Below, in pieces: positions 24,108 to 36,825 of a stretch of 64,000 nucleotides of DNA. The notes under the pieces were generated by a model, which saw only the letters and a list, made by a program, of their open reading frames with translations, ran no database searches and was not told where the DNA came from. A program made the translations under genes and the position numbers. The stretch lies in contig NC_092372.1 in assembly GCF_030028105.1 (NCBI RefSeq), positions 69,878,034-69,942,033 of the forward strand, given 5' to 3'. This stretch comes from Mobula birostris (taxonomy: Eukaryota). Numbering within the stretch: the stretch's first letter is position 1; each line of letters begins with the position of its first letter.

Positions 24108-25755
24108 TAAGCAACACACACCAAAGTTGCTGGTGAACGCAGCAGGCCGGGCAGCATCTCTAGGAAGAGGTACAGTCGATGTTTCGGGCCGAGACCCTTC
24201 GTCAGGACTAACTGAAGGAAGAGTTAGTAAGAGATTTGAAAGTGGGAGGGGCAGGGGGAGATACAAAATGATAGGAGAAGACAGGAGGGGGAGGGATGGA
24301 GCCAAGAGCTGGACAGGTGATTGACAAAGGGGATATGAGAGGATCATGGGACAGGAGGCCCAGGGAGAAAGACAAGGGGGGGGGGAACCCAGAGGATGGG
24401 CAAGGGGTATAGTCAGAGGGACAGAGGGAGAAAAAGGAGAGTGAGAGAAAGAATGTGTGTATAAAAATAAATAATGGATGGGGTACAATGGGGAGGTGGG
24501 GCATTAGCGGAAGTTAGAGAAGTCAATGTTCATGCCATCAGGTTGGAGGCTACCCAGACGGAAGATAAGCTGTTGTTCCTCCAACCTGAGTGTGCCTTCA
24601 TCTTTACAGTAGAGGAGTCCGTGGATAGACATATTAGAATGGGAATGGGATGTGGAATTAAAATGTGTGGCCACTGGGAGATCCTGCTTTCTCTGGCGGA
24701 CAGAGCGTAGGTGTTCAGCAAAGCGGTCTCCCAGTCTGCGTCGGGTCTCGCCAATATATGGAAGGCCACATCGGGAGCACCGAACGCACTATATCACCCC
24801 AGCCGACTCACAGGTGAAGTGTCGCCTCACCTGGAAGGACTGTCTGGGGCCCTGAATGGTGGTAAGGGAGGAAGTGTAAGGGCATGTGTAGCACTTGTTC
24901 CGCTTACAAGGATAAGTGCCAGGAGGGAGATCAGTGGGGAGGGATGGGGGGGTCGAATGGACAAGGGAGTCGCGTTAGGGAGTGATCCCTGTGGAATGCA
25001 GAGAGAGGGGGGAGGGAAAGATGTGCTTAGTGGTGGGATCCCGTTGGAGGTGGCGGAAGTTACGGAGAATAATATGTTGGACCCGGAGGCTGGTGGGGTG
25101 GTAGGTGAGGACCAGGGGAACCCTATTCCTAGTGGGGTGGTGGGAGGATGGAGTGAGAGCAGATGTGCGTGTAATGGGGGAGATGCGTTTGAGAGCAGAG
25201 TTGATGGTGGAGGAATGGAAGCCCCTTTTTTTAAAAAAGGAGGACATCTCCCTCGTCCTAGAATGAAAAGCCTCATCCTGAGAGCAAATGCGGCGGAGAT
25301 GGATGAATTGCGAGAACTTCCGCTAATGCCCCACCTCCCCCTTGTACCCCATCTGTTATTTATTTTTATACACACATTCTTTCTCTCACTCTCCTTTTTC
25401 TCCCTCTGTCCCTCTGAATATACCCCTTGCCCATTCTCTGGTTCCCCCCCCCCCCACTTTTCCTTCTCCCTGGGCCTCCCGTCCCATGATCCTCTCATAT
25501 CCCCTTTGCCAATCATCTGTCCAGCTCTTGGCTCCATCCTTCCCCTTCCTGTCTTCTCCTATCATTTTGTATCTCCTCCTCCCCCTCCCACTTTCAAATC
25601 TCTTACTAGCTCTTCCTTCAGTTAGTCCTGATGAAGAGTCTCAGCCTGAAACGTCGACTGTACCTCTTCCTAGAGATGCTGCCTGGTCTGCTGCGTTCAC
25701 CAGCAACTTTGATGTGTGTTGCTTGAATTTCCAGCATCTGCAGAATTCCTGTTGT
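24108..25755 (-). mobile_element. Penelope-like insertion: minus-strand GIY-YIG body (24108-25310) plus inverted terminal pseudo-LTR (25311-25755)
   Basis: Reverse complement of 20132-21274, followed by a plus-strand copy of the same 3' tail; flanked by ttctgaaatc (24098-24107 and 25756-25765). Confidence 0.85.
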
Positions 25756-26784
25756 TTCTGAAATCCAATTGGGACATTTACTTTTCTGACTTGCCTATCA
25801 AGTGGGGCCTTGACAGAATTCTTGCGAAAATCCATGTAGACTGCCTCAAACTCACCCCCCTCATAAACACAAGTGACTCTGCAGATGCTGGAAATCTCAG
25901 GTAACACAGACAAAATGCTGGAGGAATTCGGCACCCAGGCAGTGTCTCTGGAGAGAAATAAAGAGTCAATGTCTCAGGCCGAGACCCTTCATCAGGACTG
26001 GAGAGAAGGGTGAAAGCCAGAAAAGGAAGGTTGGGGGAGGAGAGGGCATGGGCAGGTATGAGGTAAGAGACCAGGTGGGGGGGGGCGGGGTGAAGTTAGA
26101 AGCTCATTAACTATTCTTGTAACTTCCTCAGAAAAAGTAAGCAATTTAGTTAGACACAATGTTCCCGTAACAAATCGACACTGGCTGTTCTGGATTAATC
26201 TGTGCCCCCCCATAAATATTTTTACTGTCATTTAGAGCGGATTCCAATAAATTGCTCTCCACTATTACCTAACTGACTCATAATTTTTGACATATCCCTT
26301 CCTCATTTTTTTAAACAACGGTGCAGTGTCGGGAGACCTCGGGCACCAGTCCTTTACCTAGAAAGGACTGAGAAAACTGTAGCCTGATACTTCACAATTT
26401 TCTTCTGTGCTTCTTTTAAAAGCCCAGGTTGCATTTTGGCACAATGTGGGAGTTGGATCATTTTTAACGAAGATAACCCTTTATCATTTCTTCCTTTTCT
26501 GAATATCTGTCATCCAACACTTCACTCCTGAGTGTCCTTATTACAACATTGGCAGCATCCTGGTCTTTTATGAAGACAGTTGCAAATTATTCTTGAAGAA
26601 CTTTAGCAAAATGCTCATAGGAATTTTTACATTCGCCCGTTCAGAAAATGCAACATTTTTGTTGGATGCCAGCAATTTCGGCTTCTGCTAGTGAAGATTT
26701 ACTATTGGATCCTAGTGCAGAGCTCCGTTTGGTTTGCTGTGTTTTAAAGTGGTAGCCATTTTGTTGTGTTATTTTTAAAATTTA

Positions 26785-26992
26785 GAGATACAATGCAGTA
26801 AAGGGCCCTTCTGAACTGATGAGCCCACACCATCCATTACACCAACGTGACCAATTAAACTCTTTGTCTTTGGAATGTGGGAGGAAAGGCACAGGTTCAT
26901 GGGGAGAACATGCAAGTTCCTTACAGACAGCGGCAGAATTGAACCCAAGTTGCTGCCACTGTAATAGTGTTACACTAACCACTCTGCTACCA
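26785..26992 (-). mobile_element. V-SINE/HE1-like tRNA-derived SINE
   Basis: Minus strand has A-box tggtagcagagtggttag, B-box gggttcaattc and core tgtaaggaacttgcatgttctcccc; a second copy lies at about 59880-60635. Confidence 0.7.
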
Positions 26993-27239
26993 TCTCGCCT
27001 ATCTGTACCAAAGAAATCCAGACGAGGCTGCACGCCTGCCTTTTCAGAGTCATTCCCTGAATCGGTGCCCCTCCGAAACCTGACAAAATTGGATTCCTGC
27101 ACCTGCCTCCCGAATCAGGAGAAGTGTGAGATGGTAGGTTCAGTGAGGTCAAACAGGATCAGGGTGGAGGAAAGATTTACTCAGAAGAAGAGTTGGTGAA
27201 ATAGATTTTGGAGCGAATTCTCACATTTCCTGGACAATA

Positions 27240-27830
27240 ATAGATTCAGAATCAGTTTTATTATATCTGACATATGCTGTGAATGTAATTTGTTGCTTTG
27301 TGCCAGCATTACAGCGCAACACAAAAAATAAAATGGTGCAAAGGAGCAAGATAGTGAGGTAGTATTCATTGCCCATGGTGGAGGGGAAGAACCTATAAGT
27401 GTTGAGTGTGTGTCTTCAGGCTCCTGTACCTGCTGGGAGTAGTGAGAAGGCATGACATGGTTGGTGGGGGTCCTAATGATGGACGACGCCTTTTTGAGGC
27501 ATCTCCTTCTGAAGGTGTGGTGTCCTCAACGCTACGGAAGCAGGTGTCCGTGAAGAGTTTACAACTATCTGCAGCTTTTTCCGGTCCTGTGCATTGGCCC
27601 TTTCATACCAGACCATCAGGCAAAAGATGAGGACGCTCTCCATCTGTCTGCCCGTCTTTGGTGACATACCAAATCTCCTCACACTCCAATAAAGTGCAGC
27701 CTCTTCTTAATTGACGCCCAAGAACTTGAAGCTGCTGTCATCTTTCCCACTGCCGACCCTTCGATGCGTTGTCAGATCTTTCCCTTCCTGAAGTCCACAA
27801 TCAATTCCTTGGTCTTATTGCCGTTGAGTT
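27240..27830 (-). mobile_element. Rex1/Babar LINE 3' fragment
   Basis: RRFGMSPKT, WY..ANAQDRKKLQ and the ctgattctga tail. Confidence 0.65.
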
Positions 27831-27976
27831 TTAATAGATAAGCAAAAACGGACTCAATGAAAATACTGTGAAAGTCAGGCACCATTAAATAGGATCTGCA
27901 TTAAAGTTTCCCAGCGACTGAGGAAAGCGGCCACCTCTTTCTCTGCACCATACGTTGTTTTCCCGTTGCAGGTTTC

Positions 27977-28409
27977 TGTCTGTCTGTATCTTGTTTTACG
28001 GCGGTTGGCATCCAGCTTAATGGTGCATTACCGCCACCCTCTGCTCCAGAATGTGCACTAGACATACATTCTAAATCCCTTCACCCAATCACACCCCTAC
28101 ACTTCACCCTCCCATCTTTGACCATCCTAGTATCCTATTCCTGTTTATTCATCATATTCTATAAAAAACCCCTGTACCCCTTAAAAACGCCAAAAATACC
28201 TAGACTTGTGCTCTCTCACCCATGCCCAGCAACCCTTTTAATGTGATCCCCAACTCCCTTAATTTATTTCTCATCATCTCTCTCTGTATCCCATACTTCC
28301 TGCAACACAAAACTACATGTTCTACTGACTCCTCTTCCTGACATTCCTCACACAATCCTGTCTGGTGTTTCCCTATCATTTTCAATGTTTTGTTTAATGC
28401 ACAATGCCC
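27977..28409 (-). mobile_element. 5'-truncated I/Nimb-clade-like LINE inserted in the RPL9 promoter
   Basis: GHCALNKTL..IGKH.TGLCEECQEEESVEHVVLCC zinc-knuckle C-terminus; (caga)n-like tail; 15-bp TSD cccgttgcaggtttc (27962-27976 and 28410-28424). Confidence 0.8.
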
Positions 28410-28439
28410 CCCGTTGCAGGTTTCCAGCATCTGCAGCAT

Positions 28440-28559
28440 TTTATCAGGGACGTCTTCCGGGAACCATGCGCTGCGAGTTGACGTCACTGTGACGCCAGAC
28501 GTACACCTACAACAGCGGGCGGAAGGGTACGTAATTTCCTTTCCTCCATCTTCAGCGAG
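28440..28559 (+). promoter_or_regulatory. RPL9: RPL9 promoter and non-coding exon 1 with 5'TOP/TCT initiator
   Basis: ETS/GABP sites (cttccgg at about 28454, cggaag at about 28520); CRE TGACGTCA at 28479-28486; pyrimidine tract tttcctttcctccatcttc then gcgag|gtgagg donor at 28559/28560; CpG island extends to about 28900. Confidence 0.85.
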
Positions 28560-29913
28560 GTGAGGGAGTTAGCAGTTTGGTTGGGTGGGTGGAATCTGCC
28601 TTCATCGGTCGTTTCCTGCGGTCTGCTGGCCCGAAATCGGCACTAATGGGGCGCGGGTGGTCTTGTGCTGCGGGGCAGGCTGATATTGCCGCGGTTATTT
28701 CCTCTGATGGAGGTCGATTCTGTGTGTTTTGTGGGGCAGCGGCGGAGTATTACGTTCCAGCCCTGCCTGCCGGATTAGTGGGTGACCGGAGAGGCCTAAA
28801 CTCTGCCACTGTCCGTCCGTAGACTACCCCGGGGAGCTGCCTCACCCGGCTGAAAAGGCGAAGGTGCAAAGTGGTCTAGACGCCCTGCTCTGTACCCATA
28901 CTTGGTCAAAGTTTGTCTTCCGTATGAACCTTTCCGAAGTCCCAGTGGAACCACTCGATCTGCTTTTAAGTGGGGGTGATGTAGATGTAATTAAGCCTGA
29001 AATGATGGACCTCTGAAATTTTATTGTTTGGAAAGACCTTGGCACGATCACACTGGGCCACTGGTTGATATATTTTAATCAATTGTTGTTTGTAAAAGAT
29101 TGTGGTAGGCAACTTCGTTTTTGAGTTGCATGGTCCTGGGTAACAGAAATTGACAGGTATTTTGGAAGTAATCTTTGAGGGCAAACTCTTGCTTTTTCAT
29201 TAGGGCTGTTGATATTTAGCTCTGAGGTTGGATAGGTTTTTAGTGCAAAGGTTTCTCTGCAGAATATGGGTTGGTGTTCCAAATAATGAATACCAGATTA
29301 TTAGTGTCTTTTCTCTGATCAGAAATTCAGTCTGGCCTTTTGGATGGATATAAAAGATCCTATTTTGACAAAACACTTTAATGTAAATACCAGCCCCGAA
29401 GTGTCTTGAAGGATTAAATTCAACAGAAGTCTTGATCTTAACATTTGATCTAAGTTACAGTGGTTCTGAATAACATAGCAATCTGTATCAGAAGCTGGTG
29501 CAGGCCATTTGACTTCACCAAGCCCTTCTGCCATTCATTAAGATCTGATTGAAATTTATGCACCAGATTCTTGCTTATTTCCAGAAATCTTAGACCCATT
29601 TTTTTTTGTGTCAAAATCTAATTCAGTGGTATTAAAGGATGGTTCCACCACTCTGAGAAAGATTCTGAGGACTGATATTCTCCCATAAGAGGACTATTCT
29701 TTCCTCATCCATCTGCCAAGATATTTCTGAAGCATGTTTTTAGCTGTTTATCTTTGACTTCATTAACTCCCAGATGGTACATTCAGATTAAAACACTGAA
29801 ATGCATATAATATTTTTCCACGTGCCTGCTACATTTGACTTCGAGTTTTCTTGGAAGTTTTTTGAATTCCTATTCATAATATCTCAAATCGAGCTTTACT
29901 CTTTTTTTCCAGA

Positions 29914-29959
29914 ATGAAGACCATTCTCAGCAACCAGATTGTTGATATCCCTGACAATG
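29914..29959 (+). CDS. RPL9: 60S ribosomal protein L9 (uL6) exon 2, start codon (MKTILSNQIVDIPDN)
   Basis: ttccag|A ATG; donor gtatgg. Confidence 0.96.
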
Positions 29960-30042
29960 GTATGGTTACTGAAATTTAAAATTTTGAAGCTTGTATCATC
30001 ACATCAACTGTTTGCAAGTAACTGGCATTATCTTGTTTATAG

Positions 30043-30158
30043 TTGATGTGTCCTTGAAAGGCCGTACCGTTGTTGTAAAGGGGCCTCGAGGAAAATTACG
30101 AAGAGAATTTAATCACATCAACTTGGAACTCAGTCTTCTTGGTATCAAGAAGAAAAAG
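30043..30158 (+). CDS. RPL9: RPL9 exon 3 ([39 protein letters not shown])
   Basis: Conserved uL6 sequence; AG/GT boundaries; 116 bp. Confidence 0.96.
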
Positions 30159-30214
30159 GTAAGAAGTTTGCCTTTCACTTGAATTATTTAATGGAAGTGT
30201 TGAATATATCAACT

Positions 30215-31520
30215 AGACCATAAGACACAGGAGCAGAACTAGGCCATTCAGCCCATCAAGTCTGCTCCACCATTTGATCATGGCTGATCCATTTCCCTCT
30301 CAACCCCATTCTCCTACGTCCTCCCATGATCATTCATGCCCTGACAAGTCAAGAACCTGTTCACCTCCTCCTCACATACACCCAATGACTTGGCCTCCAC
30401 GGCTGCCTGGCAACTAATGCCACAGATTCACCACTCTCTGGCTAAAGAAATTCCTCCTCATCTTGTTTGAAATGGATGTCCCTCTATTCTGAGGTCGTGC
30501 CCTCTGGTCCTAGACTCCCCCACTATAGGAAGCATCCTCTCCACTTTCTACGCCAACATTCAGCAGGTTTGAATGAGATCCTTCCTCATAATGATAAGCC
30601 TTTCATTCCCAGAATCATTTTTTGTGAACTTTCTTTGAAGCCTCTCCAATGTCTGCACATCCTTTCTCAGATGGGGGGCCCAAAACTGCTCACAATACTC
30701 CAAGTGAGGCCTCACCAGTGCATTATAAAGCTTCAATATTATATCTTTGTTTTTATATCTTAGTCCTCTCAACATGAGTACTGACATTGTATTTGCCTTC
30801 CTCACCACAGACTCAAACTGCAAGTTAACCTTTAGGGCATCCCAAGTCCTTTTGCCCTTGTACTTTTGAATTTTCTCTCCATTTAGAAAGTTTTCAGTAC
30901 TTCAATTCCTTCTGCCAAAGTGCATGACCATACACTTCCTGACACTGTATTCCATCGGCCACATTGGTGATTCTCCTAATCTGTCTTAAGTCCTTTTGCG
31001 GCCTCCCTAGTTCCTCAGCACTACCTGTCACTCCACTTATCTTCGTATTGGCTGCAAAGCCATCAATTTTATCATTCAAATCACTGACATACACCGTAGA
31101 ATGAAGCAATCCCAACAACGACCCACCAGTCACTGGCAGCCAATCAGAAAAGGCTCTCTATTCCCACTCTTTGCCTCCTTAAAATCAGTCAATGCTCTAT
31201 CCATCCTAGTATCTTTCTTGTAATACCCTGGGTTCTTGTTAAGCAGCCTCATGTGCAACACCTTGTCAGAGGCCTTATGAAAATCCAAGTGCATAACATC
31301 CATTGACTTTGTCTAGCCTGCTTGCTATTTCCTCATAGTTCCAACAGACTTGTCAGGCAAGATTTCCAATGAAGGAAATTATGCTGAATTGTGCTTCCAA
31401 GTACCCTGAAACTTCTTCCATAATGATCAACTCCAACATCTTCCCAACCACTGAGGTCAGGCTAACTGGCCTATAATTTCCCTTCTGCCTTCCTCCCTTC
31501 TTGAAGAATGGAATGGCATT
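30215..31520 (-). mobile_element. CR1 LINE 3' portion in RPL9 intron 3
   Basis: LYNALVRPHLEYCEQFWAPHLRKDVQTLERLQRKFTK. Confidence 0.8.
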
Positions 31521-32149
31521 TGCAATTTTAATAGCCCTCCACTAATAAAGTGGTTACTTTGCAAAACTGGAGTAGTATTGTTTTAAATTTGGAACATGAT
31601 CATCTTGATTCTTTGCCTGAGCAGGCAGTTCATGGTTTGAAATGCATTTTTAAACCAAGGTTTGAACATGTAACTAACCTTCAGTGACAGTGCTGATCTT
31701 GGGTGCTCAATTCTTCAGGCAACTTCAAACGGCTATTTGGGTTGTACTCTGAAGTTTATAAATGAAGTGGCATTGATTGGTTAATCTATTTTACCCCAGG
31801 GCAGGGGAAACTTGGCTGTAGTCAATGACACTATGTATTGAAAATTTGAAGAAATATCTTTATATATAGAGTTCATTTGTTTTCCTTTTAAACTTAATGC
31901 AAATTAAATTCAGATGAATGCTGATGGATGGAAATGAGTATGTAGTTGGGAAACCGACGTGCATGAATGCAATGTTTAAGGTAGGGAGGAAAAGTATAGA
32001 TGGATGCATGTGTAAGAGTTGAAAGTTGCATTGAGATGTGGAGGAGTTTCCTGGTTCTGTACCCACTCCTGCCTGAGGAGTGACCGGGATCTGTTCCTAT
32101 TTGCCTGCCATCACCGCGAGTCAACAGCAGACTCTTCACTCAGCAATGA

Positions 32150-33365
32150 AACGCCTGGATAATGAAGATGCATATGCCAGGATGCTCTTCATTGACTACA
32201 GCTCAGCATTCAACACTCATCTATATCACCTTGATACTCATCATTAAGCCCGAAGACCTGGACCTTGGTATCTCCCTGTGTAGTTGGATCTTCAGTTTCC
32301 TCACTGGCAGATCCCAGTCAATTCAGATTTGCAGCATCTCCACATTCTTCACTATCACAGGTGCTGTGTTCTTAAGCCTGGTTTATACATCTGCGTCAAC
32401 GCGTCACCGTAAGGTCTGCATCACCGCAAAGCCAACGCGGAACCCTACGCGAAAACCTGCATTGCTGCGACGTGCACCTCTCCCAACATGTAACCGTGCA
32501 TCGCGGCAACGCAGAACGCAACAGCTGTGATTGGTCTGCTTGGTAGCATCGCATTTCCTCCTACACTGCAATAGCTTCCCATTGGGTGACTGAAGGCAGG
32601 GAAGGAACTGTGGCTGCAATGCTTTCCATAAAGCTTTACAGACCTCTGAAATTATGGGGATACATTTCGCACGAAAAAAGACGCTCGCGTCTTGTTTACC
32701 CCAAGACTACCATACCCAAGAGGCAATAGCACTGCCTCTTCTGCATAGATAGGTCATGTCACCAAAAACTTTGGCAAACTTCTATCCATGCACAGTGGAA
32801 AGCGTTCTAATTGGTTGCATTGCTGCCTGGCGTGGAAACACTGATCCCCAGGAATGGAAAAATTACTGAAAGTAATGGATACAGCTCAGTCCATCGTAGA
32901 TGAAGCCCCCCCCCTCCATTCAGTACATTTCCATGGAGCAGTAACATGGAACTGCATCTGTTCTTCGAAGACCCCCCACCACCTAGGTCATGCCCTCTTC
33001 TCTCTATCCACCAATGGGCAGGTTGTATAGAAGCCTTGCATGCCAAATCATAGGTTCAGAAACATTAATTACTCTTCAACTATCAGGCTCCAGAGCAAGT
33101 GTGGATAACTTCATCCACCACAACTCTGAACTCATTCTGCAACTTACAGATTCGTTTTCAAGGACTCGTTGCAACTCATGTTCTTGTTGTTTTTATTTGC
33201 TCAGTTTCTTTTATCATTGGTTGTTTGTCAGTCCTTGTCTGTTTATATGTACTTCTCTCATATAATTCTGTTGTATTTTTCTCCTAGGAATGTCTGCAAG
33301 AACATTAATCTTAAGGTGGTATATGGTAACATACATACTTTTGTAGTAAATTTACTTTGAACTTG
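32150..33365 (+). mobile_element. Rex1/Babar LINE fragments, interrupted by an unrelated insert at about 32372-32715
   Basis: ARMLFIDYSSAFNT and TVESVLIGCIAAW motifs. Confidence 0.65.
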
Positions 33366-33795
33366 ATTTGGAGAAGGAAAATTACCAGAATATCCCTCAT
33401 CTTTGTTTTCAAAATGGATACACCACAATTTGCACTTTCAATTCAATAGTCATTTGGGTAACTGATAAAAGCAGAGCCGGTCTGGCACGAGTGGAATGGC
33501 TGGTTTATAATAGCAGATTTTCTTCGGCTTTGTTTCTGTTTAAGGATTCCAGGTGATCTCAGTAAAACACTGTGGATAAATATATTTGTGAAATTGAATT
33601 TTATCTTGGGTGAAGCTTATAACTAGAATATATAAACTAGATGTATTGGAATATAAATGTGAATTATTACTTGATATTTGCTCCAAAGTGTGTTCTTCAC
33701 ATTACTAAAGCACAACATGCTGAACTTAATTATAGTCACTGTGTACTGTCATACATGTTAAAGCGATGCCATATAACCATTTTGCAAATCAGTAA

Positions 33796-33945
<150 letters not shown>

Positions 33946-34397
33946 TGAACTTCCTCTTGTGCTGAGCTTGGTTTCTTCATTGTGTACAATTACTTGGATA
34001 CGAAAAATTCTCGTCTTGTACAATTTGAAATTCATCATTTAATCTTCCTGCCCTAACCAATGATGCTGGTGATTTGACTTTTACCATCAATCTTGATGAC
34101 ATGGTTGACTAAAACTGTGCTTTCAACCACAGTTAATGATGATAACTTACCACAGCAAATGTTTATGGATAAATCTATTAGAGATATTATTCTTAATGTT
34201 TCTAGTTCTGTCTGCTTATTTCTTCCTTCAACAACTTCTACAGTCTCATAGGAAACATTTGGTGAACATTTGATAGAGAATAATTGTTGCTTGAATGTTG
34301 AATCTGTTGATGTTTCATACAGTATGGTTAGCATGTCTAATTGAAAGCTTCAAATTTATGAAATGTATCTAATTTTTATCCAATTTTCCAAAATTAG

Positions 34398-34547
<150 letters not shown>

Positions 34548-34581
34548 TAGAATTTCTGAAAATATTTTTGAGGGAATATAG

Positions 34582-34707
<126 letters not shown>

Positions 34708-35014
34708 TAGTATGGTACAGTCACCTTGGGTGTCTGACTTCTCAGTAGAATTGAAAATATCTGTCTAATTTGTACAACCTTTTTTAAAGCTACAGATCAC
34801 AGGATCTGCACAATATATGTTTAATATTTCATGGATGAAGGAAGTCATAGCACTAAGAATTTGTATATAAGTGAATTGGGTGATAGTTTGTATTTAAAAT
34901 TGTTTTTCAAACTTCATAGTTTAAGCTAGATAAATGCCTTTAGCTCAACACACCTTTTCCTTCTACATTGTTTTCAGATATTTTTCTAATTTAAATGGTG
35001 GTATAGCTTTGAAA

Positions 35015-35246
35015 CGCAAACAACAGGAATTCTGCAGATGCTGGAAATTCAAGCAACACACATAAAAGTTGCTGGTGAACGCAGCAGACCAGGCAGCATC
35101 TCTAGGAAGAGGTACAGTCGACGTTTCAGGCCGAGACTAACAGTTAGTCCTGATGAAGGGTCTCGGCCTGAAACGTCGACTGCACCTCTTCCTAGAGATG
35201 CTGCCTGGCCTGCTGCGTTCACCAGCAACTTTTATGTGTGTTGCTT
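35015..35246. mobile_element. Palindromic Penelope-like terminal fragment (head-to-head pLTR ends)
   Basis: Arms at about 35050-35140 and 35143-35246 are reverse complements; 14-bp TSD gtatagctttgaaa (35001-35014 and 35247-35260). Confidence 0.85.
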
Positions 35247-36543
35247 GTATAGCTTTGAAATGTACTTTATGCCAATTGGTTGGTGCAAGTGTCATTATTG
35301 GTCTATAAGGAGCCAGTGGTGAATTTGGTTTTATAGAAGGAATCTGTCAACCTAAGATTCCACTTCCATTATAATGTTTAAAAAAGAGAGCTCCACTGTG
35401 TTAGATTTGATTAAAGTATTTCTTTCCACTTCAAAGGAGTGCTTTGTAATCTTGTGCCGATGGAAGTTCTCTGTTGCTGGCTGATGCTGTTTATTTTTGA
35501 ATTTGTATTATCCCAGTCTTGAATTATGAGCATTATGCTTTGGATGTTTTCTCAATAGATTGCTTGATCATTTGATTGTCTTAAAAAAAAAAGTGCTATC
35601 TTTTGTCCACTAACATAATGTGATTACATATTTTGATGCACCTGCAGCTTGCATTGCTATGTTTCAGAAAACTCATGGAACTGGACCTTCATAGGTTAAA
35701 GAGTGATGGTTTTCTCTCCTCCACTTCAAATATATTATGCAGTTAATGTTTGTGAGAAGCTAATTTTAGAACCAACCATTTCATCATTGAAATGTCCTGG
35801 ATTTTGACTGCCTGTACCATTTTAATGACTAGAGAAGTTTTGTAGTGGTTTGAGTAGTCTCCTGTTTAGTTTTCTGCTACTTCAGGAGTCCTTACAAACT
35901 GATCTGAATATGAATCATCCTCTTTAAAGATCTTGTGATTTTCCTTAATTATGTTAGTTTAAATCATTCTCTGGGGATTTGCTATATTCTTTAATTGTTA
36001 TATTTTCCCAATTTGTGCAAGGTTGATTTGAGTTGGATGAATCTAAACATAACCATTTTGCAATACCCAGAGAAACTTATTTGATCCTTTTCCTCCTCCT
36101 CCCCTTGTGCCCTAAACACTGCACTATTAGTCTTAGAATATCAGCACCTGGCTTTGCTTTTAATACACCGTGCTATTTGTATGAATTGCTTTCCTTGCCA
36201 TTTGCGTTAGACAGCAAATTCCATTGTGTTTTCTTAATATAATATTTGTGTTGATGCAAATGGTGGTGAATAGGATTGATTCTGCCTTCATCTTTCCCCA
36301 GCCCCCTGAATGATGCTTGATTTTGAATGGCTTACGTAATATGCCAAAACTTTGTGATTTTTTTTGCCGTTCTGAGTGTTCAATTATCTGCAAAATTGTG
36401 AAAATCTTAAATTGATTTTAATTTTGCTTTGTCAACTGAATTAATTTTAGAACTGTTTTTCTTAGCTCAACCCTTAAGTTGCTGGTTACTGTATAACCAC
36501 ATAATTATTGATAACCTAAGGGTTATGAGCTGCTGCAATATGA

Positions 36544-36741
<198 letters not shown>

Positions 36742-36825
36742 ACATAATGGATTAAAGGTTAGAAAGTGTATTGTGTCTTCTCCATTGGAGCAGGCACGCA
36801 TAGGGTTTGTATGAAGCATCTACAG

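Noticed and set aside
24711-25625. 304-aa and 236-aa ORFs as novel genes
   Set aside because: They are antisense or off-frame reads through a Penelope-like insertion and its inverted tail.
27885-27952. LIAS exon 1 next to the RPL9 promoter (MVQRKRWPLSSVAGKL*)
   Set aside because: Hits a stop before any suitable phase-0 donor; the 17048-17092 candidate fits better.
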